The translations under genes were made by a program, and so were the position numbers. Below the pieces are notes generated by a model. That model was given only the letters and a program-made list of their open reading frames with translations. It made no database searches and had not been told where the DNA came from. A stretch of DNA of 61,434 nucleotides, filler included, from Choristocarpus tenellus KU-1152 (lineage: Eukaryota > Protista > Phaeophyceae): NCBI GenBank assembly GCA_964200185.2. It is 11 parts of 11 records of this genome, joined end to end, with 100 filler letters (N's around TTAATTAATTAA, not from the genome) between each part and the next. Parts side by side here need not be neighbours in the genome. Positions count along the whole stretch, not along the records: positions 45,473 to 48,166 come from CAXNAD020025594.1; positions 48,267 to 51,757 come from CAXNAD020019671.1; positions 51,858 to 54,364 come from CAXNAD020027227.1; positions 54,465 to 58,728 come from CAXNAD020015412.1; positions 58,829 to 61,434 come from CAXNAD020026338.1; 6 more parts are not named here. One strand, 5' to 3'. Within the stretch, counting starts at the first letter, position 1. The number at the start of each line of letters is the position of its first letter. This document shows, piece after piece, positions 48,148 through 61,434 of this stretch.

Positions 48148-51100
48148 GTAGGCACTTGCAGGGGGGNNNNNNNNNNNNNNNNNNNNNNNNNNNNNNNNNN
48201 NNNNNNNNNNTTAATTAATTAANNNNNNNNNNNNNNNNNNNNNNNNNNNNNNNNNNNNNNNNNNNNATTGGGACCCAGGGGCGCAGGATCAACAGAGGGG
48301 GATGGGATGACATGGGGTGTATTTTTCTGGGTGTTCTGAACCTTGTAGTTGGGTTGTTGTCTTGTGATAAACCTGGTCGTTTCTGTGCCTGTTTGGGTGG
48401 AAGGCCTGCCCTTCCACGTTCACACCTGTCCCCCAATCCCACCCCCCCGATCCTTCTTAGAGAGGGTTCAGGCAATCACGATTGTAGGGGGCAGGGTGTG
48501 CAGGGTGTGCAGGGTTCGATTTGTTCAGGCTTTTATCATCATATCCTGAAAAAAAGTTTTTTGTTATTGTTGCGAAAATGGTCTTCTGCACCGCGAGAGT
48601 GCAGAAGTGCTAGGTAAAAACCCTTTCTTTTCTATCATGCTTTGTGATAGATGGCTCAAGGATTTTTCCGGCTCGTTTCATGAGATTTTTTTTTTCCGTG
48701 TTTGTAGTTGTTTTCAGGTGTATCTGGTTGTGCTTTTGTGTTGTTGTTGCCTGGTCAAGAACAAGAGTTGTTCGCGGTGTGAGGTAGTGCGATTGCGGTT
48801 GAGGTGTGAGGTGGGAAAGGATGGCTGTTTGTGTTGCGTTTGAGTCACTCGTGAGGTGGCAGGTGTAGCTGGCTCGTGCCCGTTGCCTTGATTTGCGTAT
48901 ATTTTTAGCCTTGCTGATTGTCTCTGCTGTCCTCGTGGTAGCAGCCATGTTCTTGGCCTTTTCGACCGGCGCTTCCCGAACCATACCTCAGTAGCAGTAG
49001 GTGGTTTGCCAATCTCCTTGGGAGGATGAAGGAGGCAGGGGAGATCGGTTGGGTTTATTGAGCCGCACATGTTGGTGCTTAACTGGGTTTTTACTCAGAA
49101 TTTGGAGGCGGGGGTGGTGGGCAGGTGGCGTACATGGCTCATGACCCAGTCGGGAGGTTCTGTTGGAGATTTGTGGAAAGAGGTGTTGTGGTAGGAGAAG
49201 CAGCGGTGCTTGTGCCCGTATGTGTTGGTGGTTGGGGGTAAGAGAGGAAACTGACCCGAACAGAGAATATAGGTTAACGTGCTGCAAGATTCAAGACTTA
49301 TAATCCTTTGAAGGTACAGCTGGCAAGGGGTGGTTGGAGGGGGGGGGAGATACTGCGGGGCTCTCTGTTGTTGATTTTGAGTGCATCTGCCCGCCTGCAA
49401 TAGGGCTGCCTCTATTGAGTTGAGGTGATCTTCTTCTATGTCTTGTTTTCTTTTCTGATCATGCTGGCGTGGGGCTAGCAATTGAATGCCGGAAGCAGTT
49501 CCGTTTTCCTTCCTCCCTTGGTTGGGTTTGTTTGTTTGTTTGTGTTTTATATACGGTTGCAGCAGGTGCTGCTGCTCTGATATGGATTAATAGACAAGTC
49601 TTAGAAGTTTCAGCCAAGCTCGTTTTTTTGCACCTACGTATGCTTATGTTGTCCGTTTGAGGAAAACGAGGAGATATATTTATTTGCATTGTGTGTTTTA
49701 ATGCATTGCTCAGGAAGGATGAAGGAAACAGAGAGAGAGAGAGAGAGAGAAGGAGAGGCAAGGAGACAGACAGAGTTATGTTTGTTTTGCTACATCGTTA
49801 TTAGGGTGTGGCGCCGGGGTGATGTATGTATGTCGCCACTAGTTATTTGATGGAAACTTGTTTCTAGAAGACAGAAGTTTGTTCATTCGTACGATGATTA
49901 TGGGTGTCTTTTCCGTGTACTGTGTGTTCGTGTTTGTTGGTGGTATCTTTTATGCATTGTGTGTGGGCTTGTAGTCAGTTCATGGTCTAGAAGAGGAGGG
50001 GAGGGACTTGAGGGCAGTGAGGAACTACTTGTTTTTTTCCTGATACTGTTGTTGCATGCTTCAGGCTGTAGGGACATTACACAACAACACGCAAGAAATA
50101 TAAGTGTTTTTTTTTTAAATCATTTTTCGTAATTGTTAGTACAATTTGTTCATATATCCACCATAATACAAAAGAATAATTGATATATGATAGTAGTAGT
50201 GGTATTGTTATTATTTTCAGTATATTGTTTTTCATGATGCTGCTTCACCGCCTTGTGGATTACTTCAAAGCACGTGCGTAGTCTCTCCTTATTTTCCGTC
50301 TTGAATGTCTCAAGTAGAATTTTATCATCTTACGCTATGTATTATTATTGGTGTGCTCGTTCCAGGCAGTTCACGCATTTCAAAAATATTAATAAATGAA
50401 AAAAATAACAATCGTAAACTCCGACGTACAATTATTCCGCCCATCTTTTTCGGATGTTGTCGGGTAGAAAGGAGCAACTCTTACAATATAGACAAGGAGG
50501 CATGGACCGCTGACAGTTTAGCCTTTCTTGGCAAATCTGTGCTGTCTTTTAATAAAAAAAATGCTATCGTTTTTATTTTCAAAAACAAATCGGTTCTGGA
50601 CGTAACAAAGTTTGAAACAAGGCCATGAAGGCATGCTACCTTTGTTTCATCGTGGTTGATACCCTCTCTCTCAATATGTGGAAATTATTATGCAGCCAAA
50701 TCAACAAATTAAGGGAGGTTTGACTTCCTACCCAAGGTTACTCCGTCCATTGTTGTAAGGGGGGGAATAAGTTGATGTTTGCAAAGCTCAAGACCATAAA
50801 GTCCTCCACGAGGAGAGGAGACCCTTCTTTTAAATGGTTAAATGTGAGATACTTCTAGTAGTACCTAGTATGTGTATCAAAGCCTGCAAATATCACGCCT
50901 TTTCATCCACTACATTGGCCCCTACCCCGAAGCAAGGTCTACTACTACTACTATGACTACCACTGTTACTCACAGAGCAAAGAGCAAAAACCAATTGAGA
51001 GGTAGCAGGGTTGCATTTTAAGGGTCCCGAGAAAGGGCAAAAATATGCCATTTTGTACAATTCCAAAAAGAGCCTTTGCTTAATTGTGGTGTCGCTTTGT

Positions 51101-52446
51101 GTGTTGGAAGGGGGAGCATCAATTTCGTGTACATTATTGCGCAAATAAAGCAATGGAATATAGCGCATTGCACAGGGTAGGAAAGATGGCTTTGAGTGCA
51201 AAAGGGTTCAAACCTGACTACCTCTCTATTGGTCTGACTCAAAGAAAGACTTGATCAAATATAACAGCATATATATGTCGTAAGGTACCAATAAAATAGT
51301 AAAAATAATAGTGCTTTGAAGTAAAAATGAATATATGATAGCTAGCACTGAGGTCAAAATGGTCCAAAATATCCTATTGGGGGGATCAGGTGCCCATTCC
51401 CGGCCTCCGTGACCCTGTAGTGATTTTCATGTCATTTAAGTGAATATATCAGATGCAAGGGTCATTTCCTTCACGTGGATGCACCTATCCTTCTTTATCC
51501 TCCTGGCTACACCAAACCCGAAGGAAAATCACCCATAAAACGGGCATCAAACTAAGGTGCATTTACAAATACTCACCCAGCGCCGAATGGGAAAACTGGG
51601 TAAACACCCCCTCCCTCTAGGATACTATGGGCCAACTATTCCACAAGGTAGTGGTTCGTTCCCACCCTGTGGCTACAGTATAGTATATACATACATACAT
51701 ACATACATACATACATACATACATACATACATAAATACATACATACATACATACATANNNNNNNNNNNNNNNNNNNNNNNNNNNNNNNNNNNNNNNNNNN
51801 NTTAATTAATTAANNNNNNNNNNNNNNNNNNNNNNNNNNNNNNNNNNNNNNNNNNNNCACCCACCCTTTTTATTGCTCACGACCGACCTTGATGCTGGAG
51901 AACAGGGGGGGGGGTGTTAAAATATAGGATACTCATTTGCTTCTTGTTGATATGATACAAAAACTGCCTGCTTTTACTGACTGCTGATTGGTGCACTGCG
52001 CTGGTTGTTATTGTCCATTTTTATTGCGCATCCCAAATCATCATCACATCGATGACAGTAGATTGAAGTATAGCATCAGTTGATATTCAGTTGATACACA
52101 TCACACACAGGAAGATCATAGCACGCGTCATCCAAGTTACTTCGGAACTTGTTCCAATTGCATTCCACTGTTACCGTCTGCTTTTTTTTCTTTGTTGTTG
52201 TGTATCATCTCTGTTCTTTTCTTTATGCGTAAGACCCTAAATGCAAGATAATTGTTGGTTATTATTTTTTTATTGATTTTCATTGCCCCCTCTGAGCGCC
52301 TCAAGCTCACTCTGCAATAGTGCCCCTGACGCACACTTGGATGCAATACATATATAGAGTTAAAACCATATACGGAAACCCTTTCAGCCAAGGTAACAAG
52401 CCTCTCCACAGAGCATGGACTTCTGTCGTTGAGTATCCAATGAAAT

Positions 52447-52598
52447 GAGTGAAAGTATCTTAGAGGGTACGAGTTTTGCCCTGTTTGTCCATTTGGGGCT
52501 TGGCTTCCCGTGGGGTTTNNNNNNNNNNCATCAAAATCGCAACATTAGATTTTGACCCCCAAATAGACGCGGCTCTACCCTCTAAGATACTTTGGCTC
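52447..52598 (+). mobile_element. MITE family A copy with AAAT target-site duplication (10-N gap inside)
   Basis: aaat|gagtgaaagtatcttagagggta ... taccctctaagatactttggctc|aaat. Confidence 0.9.
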
Positions 52599-53059
52599 AA
52601 ATAACACTGAATTCACATGGCATCATTCTTGACTGAGAGATCAATGACTTCAGTTGCAACAGAGTAAATACATCAGTGCTTCGCAGCACAACCACATCTA
52701 CACATACAACAGACTACCTTTTCTACTCATCGGTGCTTTACAACACCATGATTCCTCTTCACTCGTAGTCTACACATTTCGCTTCCATATACAATGCATT
52801 CGATTCAGGTTTCAACAAGGGGGGAGGCCAAGTTTGGGTGGGGTAGATGTCTTCTAGTTCAAAGACATGGCAATGAAATGGATGATGAAGGGGTGTTCTT
52901 GGATGATTGTGGAGTGATGTTGAGTGATGTTGAGTGATGTTGAGTGGTGCTGAATGGTGTGGAGGAGTGGAAATGGTGCGGGGGTTGAATGGTGTTGAAT
53001 GGTGGGGTGGAGCGGTAAATGGGGTGGAGGAAGGTGGATGGATTCGCGGAAATTGGTCG

Positions 53060-53318
53060 GAGATAAAATATCTTAGAAGGTACGATTTTTTCCCCCTTCG
53101 TCCATTTGGGGCTTGGCTTTTGACAGGTTCTTAATGACATTTTACCTCCTCCAAAATGTTTCGAAGTAGGTAAAATGTCTACGTTATTAAAAGGTGTGTC
53201 CGGAACAAGGATATCGACATCTCCTAACAAACACGATAGCCAAAAATACATCCAAATTGCAACATTGGAGTTTGGCCCCCAAATGGACACGGCTCTACCC
53301 TCTTAGATACTTTGAGTC
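53060..53318 (+). mobile_element. MITE family A copy (older; TSD not evident)
   Basis: gagataaaatatcttagaaggta ... taccctcttagatactttgagtc; full internal homology to the family. Confidence 0.85.
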
Positions 53319-53842
53319 TCCCATTGGTTGGTGACTGGAAACTGGTGGCGAAGAGTTGTTGCACTCGTTGGTCATCGGATATAGTTGGTGACTGGAAATC
53401 AGCGGCAAGGTTGGTCGAACTGGTTGGTCATGGGAAAGGCTTGTAGATGGAAATCTGCGACGGAGGTGGTCACACTGGTTGGTCACAAGTAGTGTTACAA
53501 TGGTGGAGGAGTAGAATGGGTGGAAGGCGAACAAAAGAATAATTAATATAAATTCAGAATTCTTGAGCAAAGCAAAGCCAGGTTTTTTTAACATGATCTT
53601 ATTTTTGCGTGTATTGAGCAGACACCAAAGGGCTACCCACCAAAGTCTCAAGAAAAATGGGGCAGCCTACACCTATCTATGATTCCGCCCTCGAAGTCTT
53701 CCAAAACTTCATTCCAGTACAGTATTTCGCCGCATCCATTGGGGAATTCAGGGGAACTTGCCTGCCTTTTCCGCTTCTCAACCTGTCCCTTGCTAAGATG
53801 AGGATTTTTGAAGATGTTACCCTTGGACCTACCACTTCATAT

Positions 53843-54305
53843 TCAACTCTCCTGGACATGCTCTAGCGTCTCCCGGGGGAACACATTGAATGCCTCCATT
53901 GTGGCTTCCACTAGCTCCTCTATGTTGTTCACCCCCTTGTCTTCATTCTGTTGCTCGGTCGAATGAAAGAATCCGAGGCTGTTGACGTTGAGGTCAGATA
54001 AGTTGACTAGCTGGGTCTCTATGATGATGTCGTCCCCTGCTGCCTCCTCGATAGGCTTCATGATCCCCCCTTGGTGTGTGGCTGTGCCCAGTTCTCCTGG
54101 ACGAAGATGGTGTGTTCTTCAATTCCAGGCATGTGGGTCCTGATTGCTGGGAATACTTTCTCGATCATGCCTTCTTATACCTCTTTTTGTCCACCGTGGC
54201 TGGTACGGGGACCTGGGTGCCCTTGGGGCAGTGTTTGCTGCAGCGTTGAGCGACCTTATGTTCACAATTGGCCAGATCCCGATTTTTCATCGAACCACAT
54301 GTTGA
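53843..54305 (-). pseudogene. Decayed mariner-like (plant/oomycete DD39D-type) transposase fragment
   Basis: With frameshifts reads WFDEKIGIWP..AQRCSKHCPKGT..MIEKVFPAIRTHMP..HTIFVQENWAQPH..ETQLVNLSDLNVNSLGFFHS..NIEELVEATMEAF. Compare FDGKIGIWPF, IFIQQDNA.PH and QPPNSPDLNVLDLGFF of DD39D mariners. Confidence 0.82.
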
Positions 54306-56722
54306 ATTATCCCACACTGGACCCGCGGCTTTTAGATGGTGCTTTAATGAAGGACAAAGAACAGNNNNNNNNNNNNNNNNNNNNNNNNNNNNNNNNNNNN
54401 NNNNNNNNTTAATTAATTAANNNNNNNNNNNNNNNNNNNNNNNNNNNNNNNNNNNNNNNNNNNNTTTAGGCCCAAATGGAATTCCTGGGTTAACCCCCCC
54501 CCCCCCCCCCCCGAGATACTTTGGGTCATAAGTAATCCAATATCTAAGAGAGGGGTGCCATTGAGTTTTAAGGACTCCTATCCCTTGTGGTAAAAATTTG
54601 TGGTGTTGAGCACAATAGAGGGTGCTTTGGTTCTACACTATGTCTACAGTTAATTTTCTCTTTCACAGCCACACCCTCCTAAGTGGGATCAAGTGCACCT
54701 CAGGCAAGGCCGTGGTGTATTGTGTACAAGATTGAAAAAAAAATGATACCTTCAAACTCGAAAGATCAAAATCGCCCCCCACCTTCAATATATATTAATG
54801 ATTTTGCCCACTGATACTTTGCGGATGTGTCGAGGAGGGAAAGACAAAAAATGATACAAAAACTTTTCATCTTTAATGTGTTGACTCTAGTTCGTTGCAA
54901 TACTGTTTAGAGCGGTATGCTGTTACGGTATTATTTACCAATAGTGGCGTAAGTATCTTAGAATTTACCGTTAACGGATTTCATTGCAAATGAGCATAAA
55001 AGTGTAAAAATATGTGCATTAAAAAAATATCGTTATGGTTTAAGTAGTGTGAGAAGTTGTACATTTGTAGTTATTAATAGTGGATATGACCATCAATCTG
55101 AAGAGATAAAAATATTATAAATATTATATAGGGTACGTTGATGTACTAGTATTTTTATTGTTATGCCCTCTGACATTTTGGAGATGTGTCAGGGAACAGA
55201 CACAGGGTCTGGGGAACAACAGTACTGCCCGCATGGGGGGGAGTATACCCCCATCTCTGGTTGGCTTTCATACAAAAAACCATTGAAAAGTCAATTAAAT
55301 ATCAGAACAACCCCTGAAAAAGTAGCAGTTAGTTGTTGCATATGTGAAATACTTCTTTTTTTACATCTATTTATTATTTTTCTATTTTACCAATCCCCTC
55401 CTATGCCTCCAACCTAGCTTAGCCCTATGCCCCCCCCTGGCCCAGGACCTAGGGATAGCATCCCAAGAATTTGACAGGCCCCTCCTTGCCCATCTCTCTG
55501 GTGTCTCCAGATTAAATGCATGGCGCGTCTTGATAAAGCCACTCGTGTTGTACTAGTATTAAAGCAATATGGTATGTGTGTGGAGTGTGTTTGGAGTGTG
55601 TGTGCGCGAGCGTGTGTTAGTCTTAATTTTTCATTTTTGATTGATCGAGATTGAAGTTTGATTTTTCTATTTCTATTTCTATTTCTATTATTATGTGGAA
55701 GCAGTTTGTTATTATTATACTGTTATTGCCCCATGCCATATATATAACGTCGTACCAATTGAGATTGTTGTCTATGTTTTCTGAGAACTTCGGTTCAACT
55801 GTGTGGAGGTTTTTCGGAGGGATAGATTTCCATGTCTTCCGTACCATCTCCTTATTATGAGTACGTTTTTCCGAAGGTGGATCTCCTATGTCTGAAGGGT
55901 GTCTTTTCTGAAGCCCATGCGAATCATAATCCTTCCCATTTCCTCTCTTCCCCACTTTTTCCTTGAGATCCTTACAGTCTTGCACTTGTCCAACCGCAGC
56001 CTCGTCCTCTCGGTTATGGTTCGTCTTCATCCGTCTGGTCCGTCTTGCCCTTGCCTCAGTGAATTACGCGATCACAGAAGTATACGTTTTATATTGGCGA
56101 CACCAGTGCAATTCGAACTCACACGGCGAAGTACACAATCATATGCATATAAGAGAGGAAGAGTACTAGAGGGTTTTTTCATAGGGCATTATTCTTGTTG
56201 TACTTGACTGGTGGTGTTGATAGTGAATATATGGATGGGCGATGTAATATGACAAGGAGAAAGGTTATCCAAAAATGGAGTGGATGTACTAGTTCTAAGG
56301 AAGTACAATTTAGTTTGACTTCCCATCCCTAGATGATGTAGCTGGTTCAATAATCTCTCCAACATGCAAGGTATAGTTTACACTATTCATCACTCCCATT
56401 TCGTAGGCCTTCCTGTAATAATGGAGGAGGGGGATTGTTTGAGTAATAAAGTGATTTTTCATACATTCCGCATACACACACACCTCAAATTTCGGTCAGA
56501 AGTCGGAGAATGCATCGTTGCTGGAATATGAACGCGTATGCATTTATTTAGTGCATATCCCTGTATCATAGTTTGAAGTACACACCACCCAGCAACTATT
56601 GATTGTTGACCATACGATGGTATGTACTTGTATGAGAAAGATATTTTTTCTCTTTTGTTTCTGAAACGCGTGTTTGTTATCCTACTACCAAAAATGTCAA
56701 GCGTACAAATCGGGCTGCACCA

Positions 56723-58044
56723 ATGGCGATGCCAACGAGATCAGTGCGGAATACTGGGTTTGGTGAGGGGACTCCAACTCCTGTAACCGTGGGACCAGGT
56801 TCTTACTTGCGATCTACGACGCCCTTCAAAGTGCGACCACCCTTCAAAGCGTTCGCATCTTCCGTGCAAAGGAGCAGTCAAGGGCCTACCCAAGAGTTCG
56901 ATTCTCCTGGCCCAGGAACATACGATGTCCCGTCGTTGGTGAACAAAAATAGCAAGATATCATACCCGAGCTCTTCTTTTGATTCAAAGGCCCCGAGATT
57001 GGCGCCCCAGTACACGGGATCGACTCCTTTTAGGGCGTCTACCAACTTCGACGTTCCTGGTCCTGGGACGTACAACTCCGATTCATCGTCAAGTGGTGAA
57101 TTACTGCGAGCAACAAATCATTCCAACATTCGACAACGATCAGCTCCACTAGTGGAAAGGCGATTTAATCCTCCATCTGTGCCAAGGTCAGTGCAAGATG
57201 TCAATACATTCGTAGTATGCGTAAGCGTTCGACCTCTCAAGAGTCCCTTCGAGAAGTCATGTCCTTGATGGTGTCGATCACTACACCCTTGGACTCACCT
57301 GACCCATTGCACGGATGCCAACAGGAGGGATCAGAGTTTTGGCTATAATGAGGATGCTCAGGGCAAGCTGTTACCGCTGCCGGCCCCCATTCCCACTCGT
57401 AGTGGGACCCATGGTGACACGGTGGGTCCTGGTGATTATAACCCTACTAATACGCACCGATGGACAGGGTCCAATGGAGCCAAGCTTGCAAACGGTCAAC
57501 GAAAAACAGTTTTCGACGATGAGTGGGTGTCAAAGGCACGCCGACCGGTAGGTGAATGATAAATTAGACCACTCATATTTCATCATTTGCCTTGTATAGT
57601 TCAGGCACTACTTTTTGAATACCTAGCAAGAATGAGTAAGTAGTATAGTGTGCAACAATCTACACTATTCTTGCACAAAGAACTCCATCGCAGAGGAAGC
57701 ATGTCCATAAACATTGAAAACAAGTATGATCCATTTTTTACTTCTTTCTACGTCTGGCTATTCCCTCTTATGAAGCACGCTTTGCCAATGTTTCCACTGT
57801 GGAGCAACAGGGTCCAGGTGACTACGATCCGAAGTTGCGGCCACAGTATCAGGTAGAAACTCAGGGTTCTTCTTCATTCATGTCAGAAGTGCCCAAAGGA
57901 TCGTACAGTAAAACGCGAGGAAGACCAGGACCAGGACCAGGCCAATATGCCCCAGAGCAGATCGCATGTACAACGGGTGCAACCTCCGGTATTCAGTGCT
58001 TTGGAAGCACTGCACAGAGAAGTACATGGCTCCGCAACGAGAAG
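56723..58044 (+). CDS. Sperm-tail PG-rich repeat (SHIPPO-repeat) protein, STPG2-like, 5' part (exons 56723-57186, 57325-57547, 57811-58044)
   Basis: Multiple (P/V)GPG.Y repeats and PPSVPR-RDQSFGYNEDAQGKL (cf. PSIP...GYEE...G.L); splice phases are consistent. Confidence 0.85.
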
Positions 58045-58650
58045 GTGTACAAAGAGTGTTGCGTGATATTATTACTTCGACTTGGAGCTTATTGATTTGA
58101 CCTCAACCAGCTCAGTGCCCTGCGTTCAATCATACATTGCCGGCACAGATTTTGACTTATCCTCCCTTAAGGGAGGGTCTCTTGCTGTCCTTAGAAGACT
58201 GAGGGTTTTTCAGATATTCAGACTGACACTCAATTTCCTATGACTGAAATACAGCTACACCCCTTAAGAGGCTGTGGCTGTAGAAAAGGAAACGAACATT
58301 CGTCCACATAAGCATGAAATGACCCACCAGAGTGCTCGAGGCACATATATCACAAGGAAGTTTCAGGGGTCACAAATACTCAAATACTCAACGACACTTC
58401 CCTCAAAGATAGGATTTGCCTTTGATGCTAGCCCTGTGTGCATACCAGAGTAGTCAGCAAGCTGACAAAGAGCAGTGAATGTGGTTAATGACTTTGATTA
58501 GCCTTCTCCACTTTTTTCAAGATTACCTGGTTTTTGACCCAAGCCTATTGTGCGACCAGTCCAAATGTGGCTAATTACAGTTCTGCCACCAGGTTATGTA
58601 TGAGATTGAACAATTTGACAACAATTTGACACTAAAGTGTACTTACAACA

Positions 58651-58728
58651 GAGCGAAAGTATCTTAGAGGGTAGAGCTGCGTCCATTTGGGGCCACAATC
58701 CAACGTTGCCATTTTGATGTAATTTTGG
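58651..58728 (-). mobile_element. MITE family A copy truncated by contig end
   Basis: gagcgaaagtatcttagagggtagagctgcgtccatttggggcc... Confidence 0.85.
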
Positions 58729-58914
58729 NNNNNNNNNNNNNNNNNNNNNNNNNNNNNNNNNNNNNNNNNNNNTTAATTAATTAANNNNNNNNNNNNNNNN
58801 NNNNNNNNNNNNNNNNNNNNNNNNNNNNTGATGTTTTTTTTTTTCCGCTTTTGCCGGGTTTTTTTTTAATACTCCATGCCGAAGGCCCCCCCCCCCCCCT
58901 TTTTTTCTTTTCAG

Positions 58915-59722
58915 GTTATTTGTGCCAAGCATGGAACGACGTTGCCCAAGGCATCATTGGGCTGGTTGTACCACCACTCTGCCCTGAAAGGTATGGTGCT
59001 CTGAGGTATCCATTACGGGACTCACATACTCATACACCCTACCCTTTCTAGGTGCTGACTGAAAGTGAACTACATATATATATATGTATATGTTTGTTAA
59101 CTACTACTCTTCTTTGTTTGCAGTGTGGTTGAGCATTTCGGCTGACCCCACCCCCAACAAAATCACCCACCGATGATCCATTCTTACCCTACTGCAAAGG
59201 GAACTGTAGTAAGGTGGTGATGATTAAGGCAGTGAACTTATTTAGGAGTTGTAGAAGAAGTCTAGTTTATTTCTCAAGAAAATATATTGATACAAGCTAG
59301 ATTTTTGGGTCTCGAGCTTGTAATTCTCTGTGGGTGTTTTTTGGTGTTTTTTGGTGAGAACATGAGTCGACAGGACCGACGATAATGTGGTGTGACGGAA
59401 ATAGAGATAGGCTGACAAGCCACAAAATGGGTGCAGGAAAGGGAGGTGGGGCTGGGGAGGGACAATTTGATACTTAAGGGAGGGTATCAGTCTCTTGCTC
59501 ACTTCATAGTTCGCCTTCCCCTCCCTTCCACCGTTTTCTCACTCTTGCCAACTTCCACCAACACTTAATCACCCCCTCCCCCTCCATCGCGCTTGTTGCC
59601 TTGATCCTCTTATCAATCGGTCCTCAGGGGAGTATGGTGATGCTGTGATCATTTGCGGTTCATCAATTTCTCAGATGGAGGTCAACCTGGAAGTGTCTCT
59701 GGATAAAGGTCCCCTTCCCAAG
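58915..59722 (+). CDS. Aldo-keto reductase, AKR7 (aflatoxin aldehyde reductase)-like, two internal exons (58915-58990, 59628-59722)
   Basis: VICAKHGTTLPKASLGWLYHHSALKG-EYGDAVIICGSSISQMEVNLEVSLDKGPLPK fits the AKR7 pattern W.YHHS.L....GDAVI.G.SS..Q...NL.....GPL. Confidence 0.85.
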
Positions 59723-59977
59723 GTGAGATTTAGGGTTGTTAAGACTTTGCTGGTGTTTTAAGACATGTGTGGCTGGGTGGATGCATCCTCTTCTTTTTTT
59801 TTGAGATTCGGCTGGACAAGAGAGCAGGCCATCCTTTGCCTGTGTTGTGTTGGCTGGTCAATGTTAAGCGAAATAAAGCCTTCCATCTTCCATCCAAGAG
59901 AAAAAGAAAAATATATAGTGAGGAAAAATGAGACAGAGTGTTGATTGTGAATGGAGTTGAGAGAGAGAGAGAGATAG

Positions 59978-60022
<45 letters not shown>

Positions 60023-61434
60023 CAGATACCACGGAATTGCCCTTTTTTGTGCATTGAAGAAATCGAGGTATGTCTCTCTCCCCCCCCCCTCTCACGGGAA
60101 GGAAGCTCTTGCCTTAATGGCTTCCTTCTGCGTCCAGTTTTGTCAACAACATGCGGCAGATGTAAGATGAGGTGCGGTATTGTAGTAGCAGGCCATGTTC
60201 AAGTTCTGGCTCCAGACCGGTGACTGACCCTCTTGACTGACCCCCTTTTGTTCCTGTGTTTGTATCTCTGGTGGGATGGGAAAACACTTTGTCAGAAACT
60301 TGTAGAGAGTTTTGATGAGGCGTGGTTGATCTGCAGGTCCAGATGTCCTCCTTACTTCCGGTGATGGTTTTGATCTCTGGGAGAGTGATTACAAGAGGAA
60401 GATAGGGTGTGCAAGGTTTAGTGACAGTCAACATCCCCTCCCCCTCTGCAATGGAGTCAGCTGGGTGATGCAGTGACTTGAGACTTAGGTTGGCGGACTT
60501 TTCTTGGTACCATTCTCGTCTGTTCAGAGAGGACCGTCCTTAGGAGTAGTGTTGTAGCAATGTGTGTGTGCGTGTAAGAGAGAGAGAGAGAGAGAGAGAG
60601 AAGGGGGGGCAGTGCGGAGGAGGGAAGGGGAGTTGATGAACGCCTCGTTTGAAATGAATTGTTATGTCCCCCCAGCGGTGGTTTTCTACTGTCGCACTGG
60701 GCTGGAAGTGTAACTGACAATTGTCGTTTGCATTACGTTTTTTTGTTCAGTTGATTCTCCCTTTCAATTGATCGTGTAATGCAGTTTCTTTTCCTGTGTG
60801 TTGGTTTGTCATAATCCTGTCCTTATTGTGTATGTCCCCTGGCTATCTCTGTATCCTTTTTGAGGATGCTTTCTTTGATTTATCGCTTTCTTGTGTCCTC
60901 CTTGTCACATAAAACCTCGGTTCCTATTTTCTCTCTCCACTGGAACCAAGTGTTCCGGAGTTACAACCCTGTGGAAAAGTAGTTTCCCCTTGGAGTCAGG
61001 AGGCAGATGGATACACACACACACACACACACATGTATGCTTTTGTCAATTTGTTTATTCTTTGATTTGTGGGGCATCTACGAGTTAGTTGCATGGCTAG
61101 TTTGATTAGCTCTGTCAATCACGCTGCCACACACAGTGATCTTGTTGCTGTGCTAGGAGGGCTGCAATGGATGTGTTTGCTTTACTGGCTACAGGTGTGC
61201 GTAGGCATGGCACTGTGGGCCCATAGTGAGGGTGTCTATATTGTTTGTGGTGCATGTTTGATTTGCAAGGTAGTGAACGGGAAATGCTGTTGACGCTCAG
61301 AAAGGGCAATTGGAATGGTTCGTGGCATGCATGCAAAATTTCTATTTCTTGCCGGCACCACTTGTTGTTCTTTTTTTTTGGTCCCATAGGGTATGTCAAG
61401 GGTTGTTAGTCGTCATGTAGGTTTCTTCTGGCCC

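Noticed and set aside
48267-51757. Several 60-128 aa ORFs on this contig
   Set aside because: Low-complexity, microsatellite-rich sequence; I could not establish a recognisable motif or a consistent exon chain.
7041-58828. Recurring TTAATTAATTAA palindrome and apparent clustering of ciliary genes, transposases and ParB in one window
   Set aside because: The motif is an artificial six-frame-stop spacer; the contigs are concatenated, so cross-contig gene neighbourhoods cannot be interpreted.

Overview
This is eukaryotic, intron-rich nuclear DNA, not a prokaryotic locus. It consists of 11 short contigs joined by an artificial 100-bp spacer (44 N + TTAATTAATTAA + 44 N), so adjacency across spacers has no biological meaning. 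Ciliary genes, GT-AG introns and TTAGGG-type repeats point to a flagellate-producing stramenopile, probably a brown alga (inference). Host genes reconstructed by manual splicing: BBS8/TTC8 (5' part) head-to-head with an unknown gene; CLU/CLUH (5' part); a complete 9-exon gene for a signal peptide + thioredoxin-like + bulb-lectin-like protein; tRNA-Arg(ACG); 3' exons of a UvrD/PcrA-like helicase; a TFIIS-central-domain exon; an STPG2-like PG-repeat protein; and two AKR7-like exons. The most notable content is (1) a Sola2-type DNA transposon system, with two decayed multi-intron transposase copies carrying a SAP/HeH-like insert and nine copies of a ~260-bp GAG...CTC MITE, three with clean 4-bp TSDs; (2) an intron-containing ParB/Spo0J-like gene (DGKHR motif + HTH) that the ORF track misses because a MITE split it immediately before the motif; (3) a 79-bp/316-bp higher-order satellite; and (4) CpG-island-like 5' ends against CpG-depleted gene bodies. 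All family assignments come from motif recognition by eye; no database search was run.
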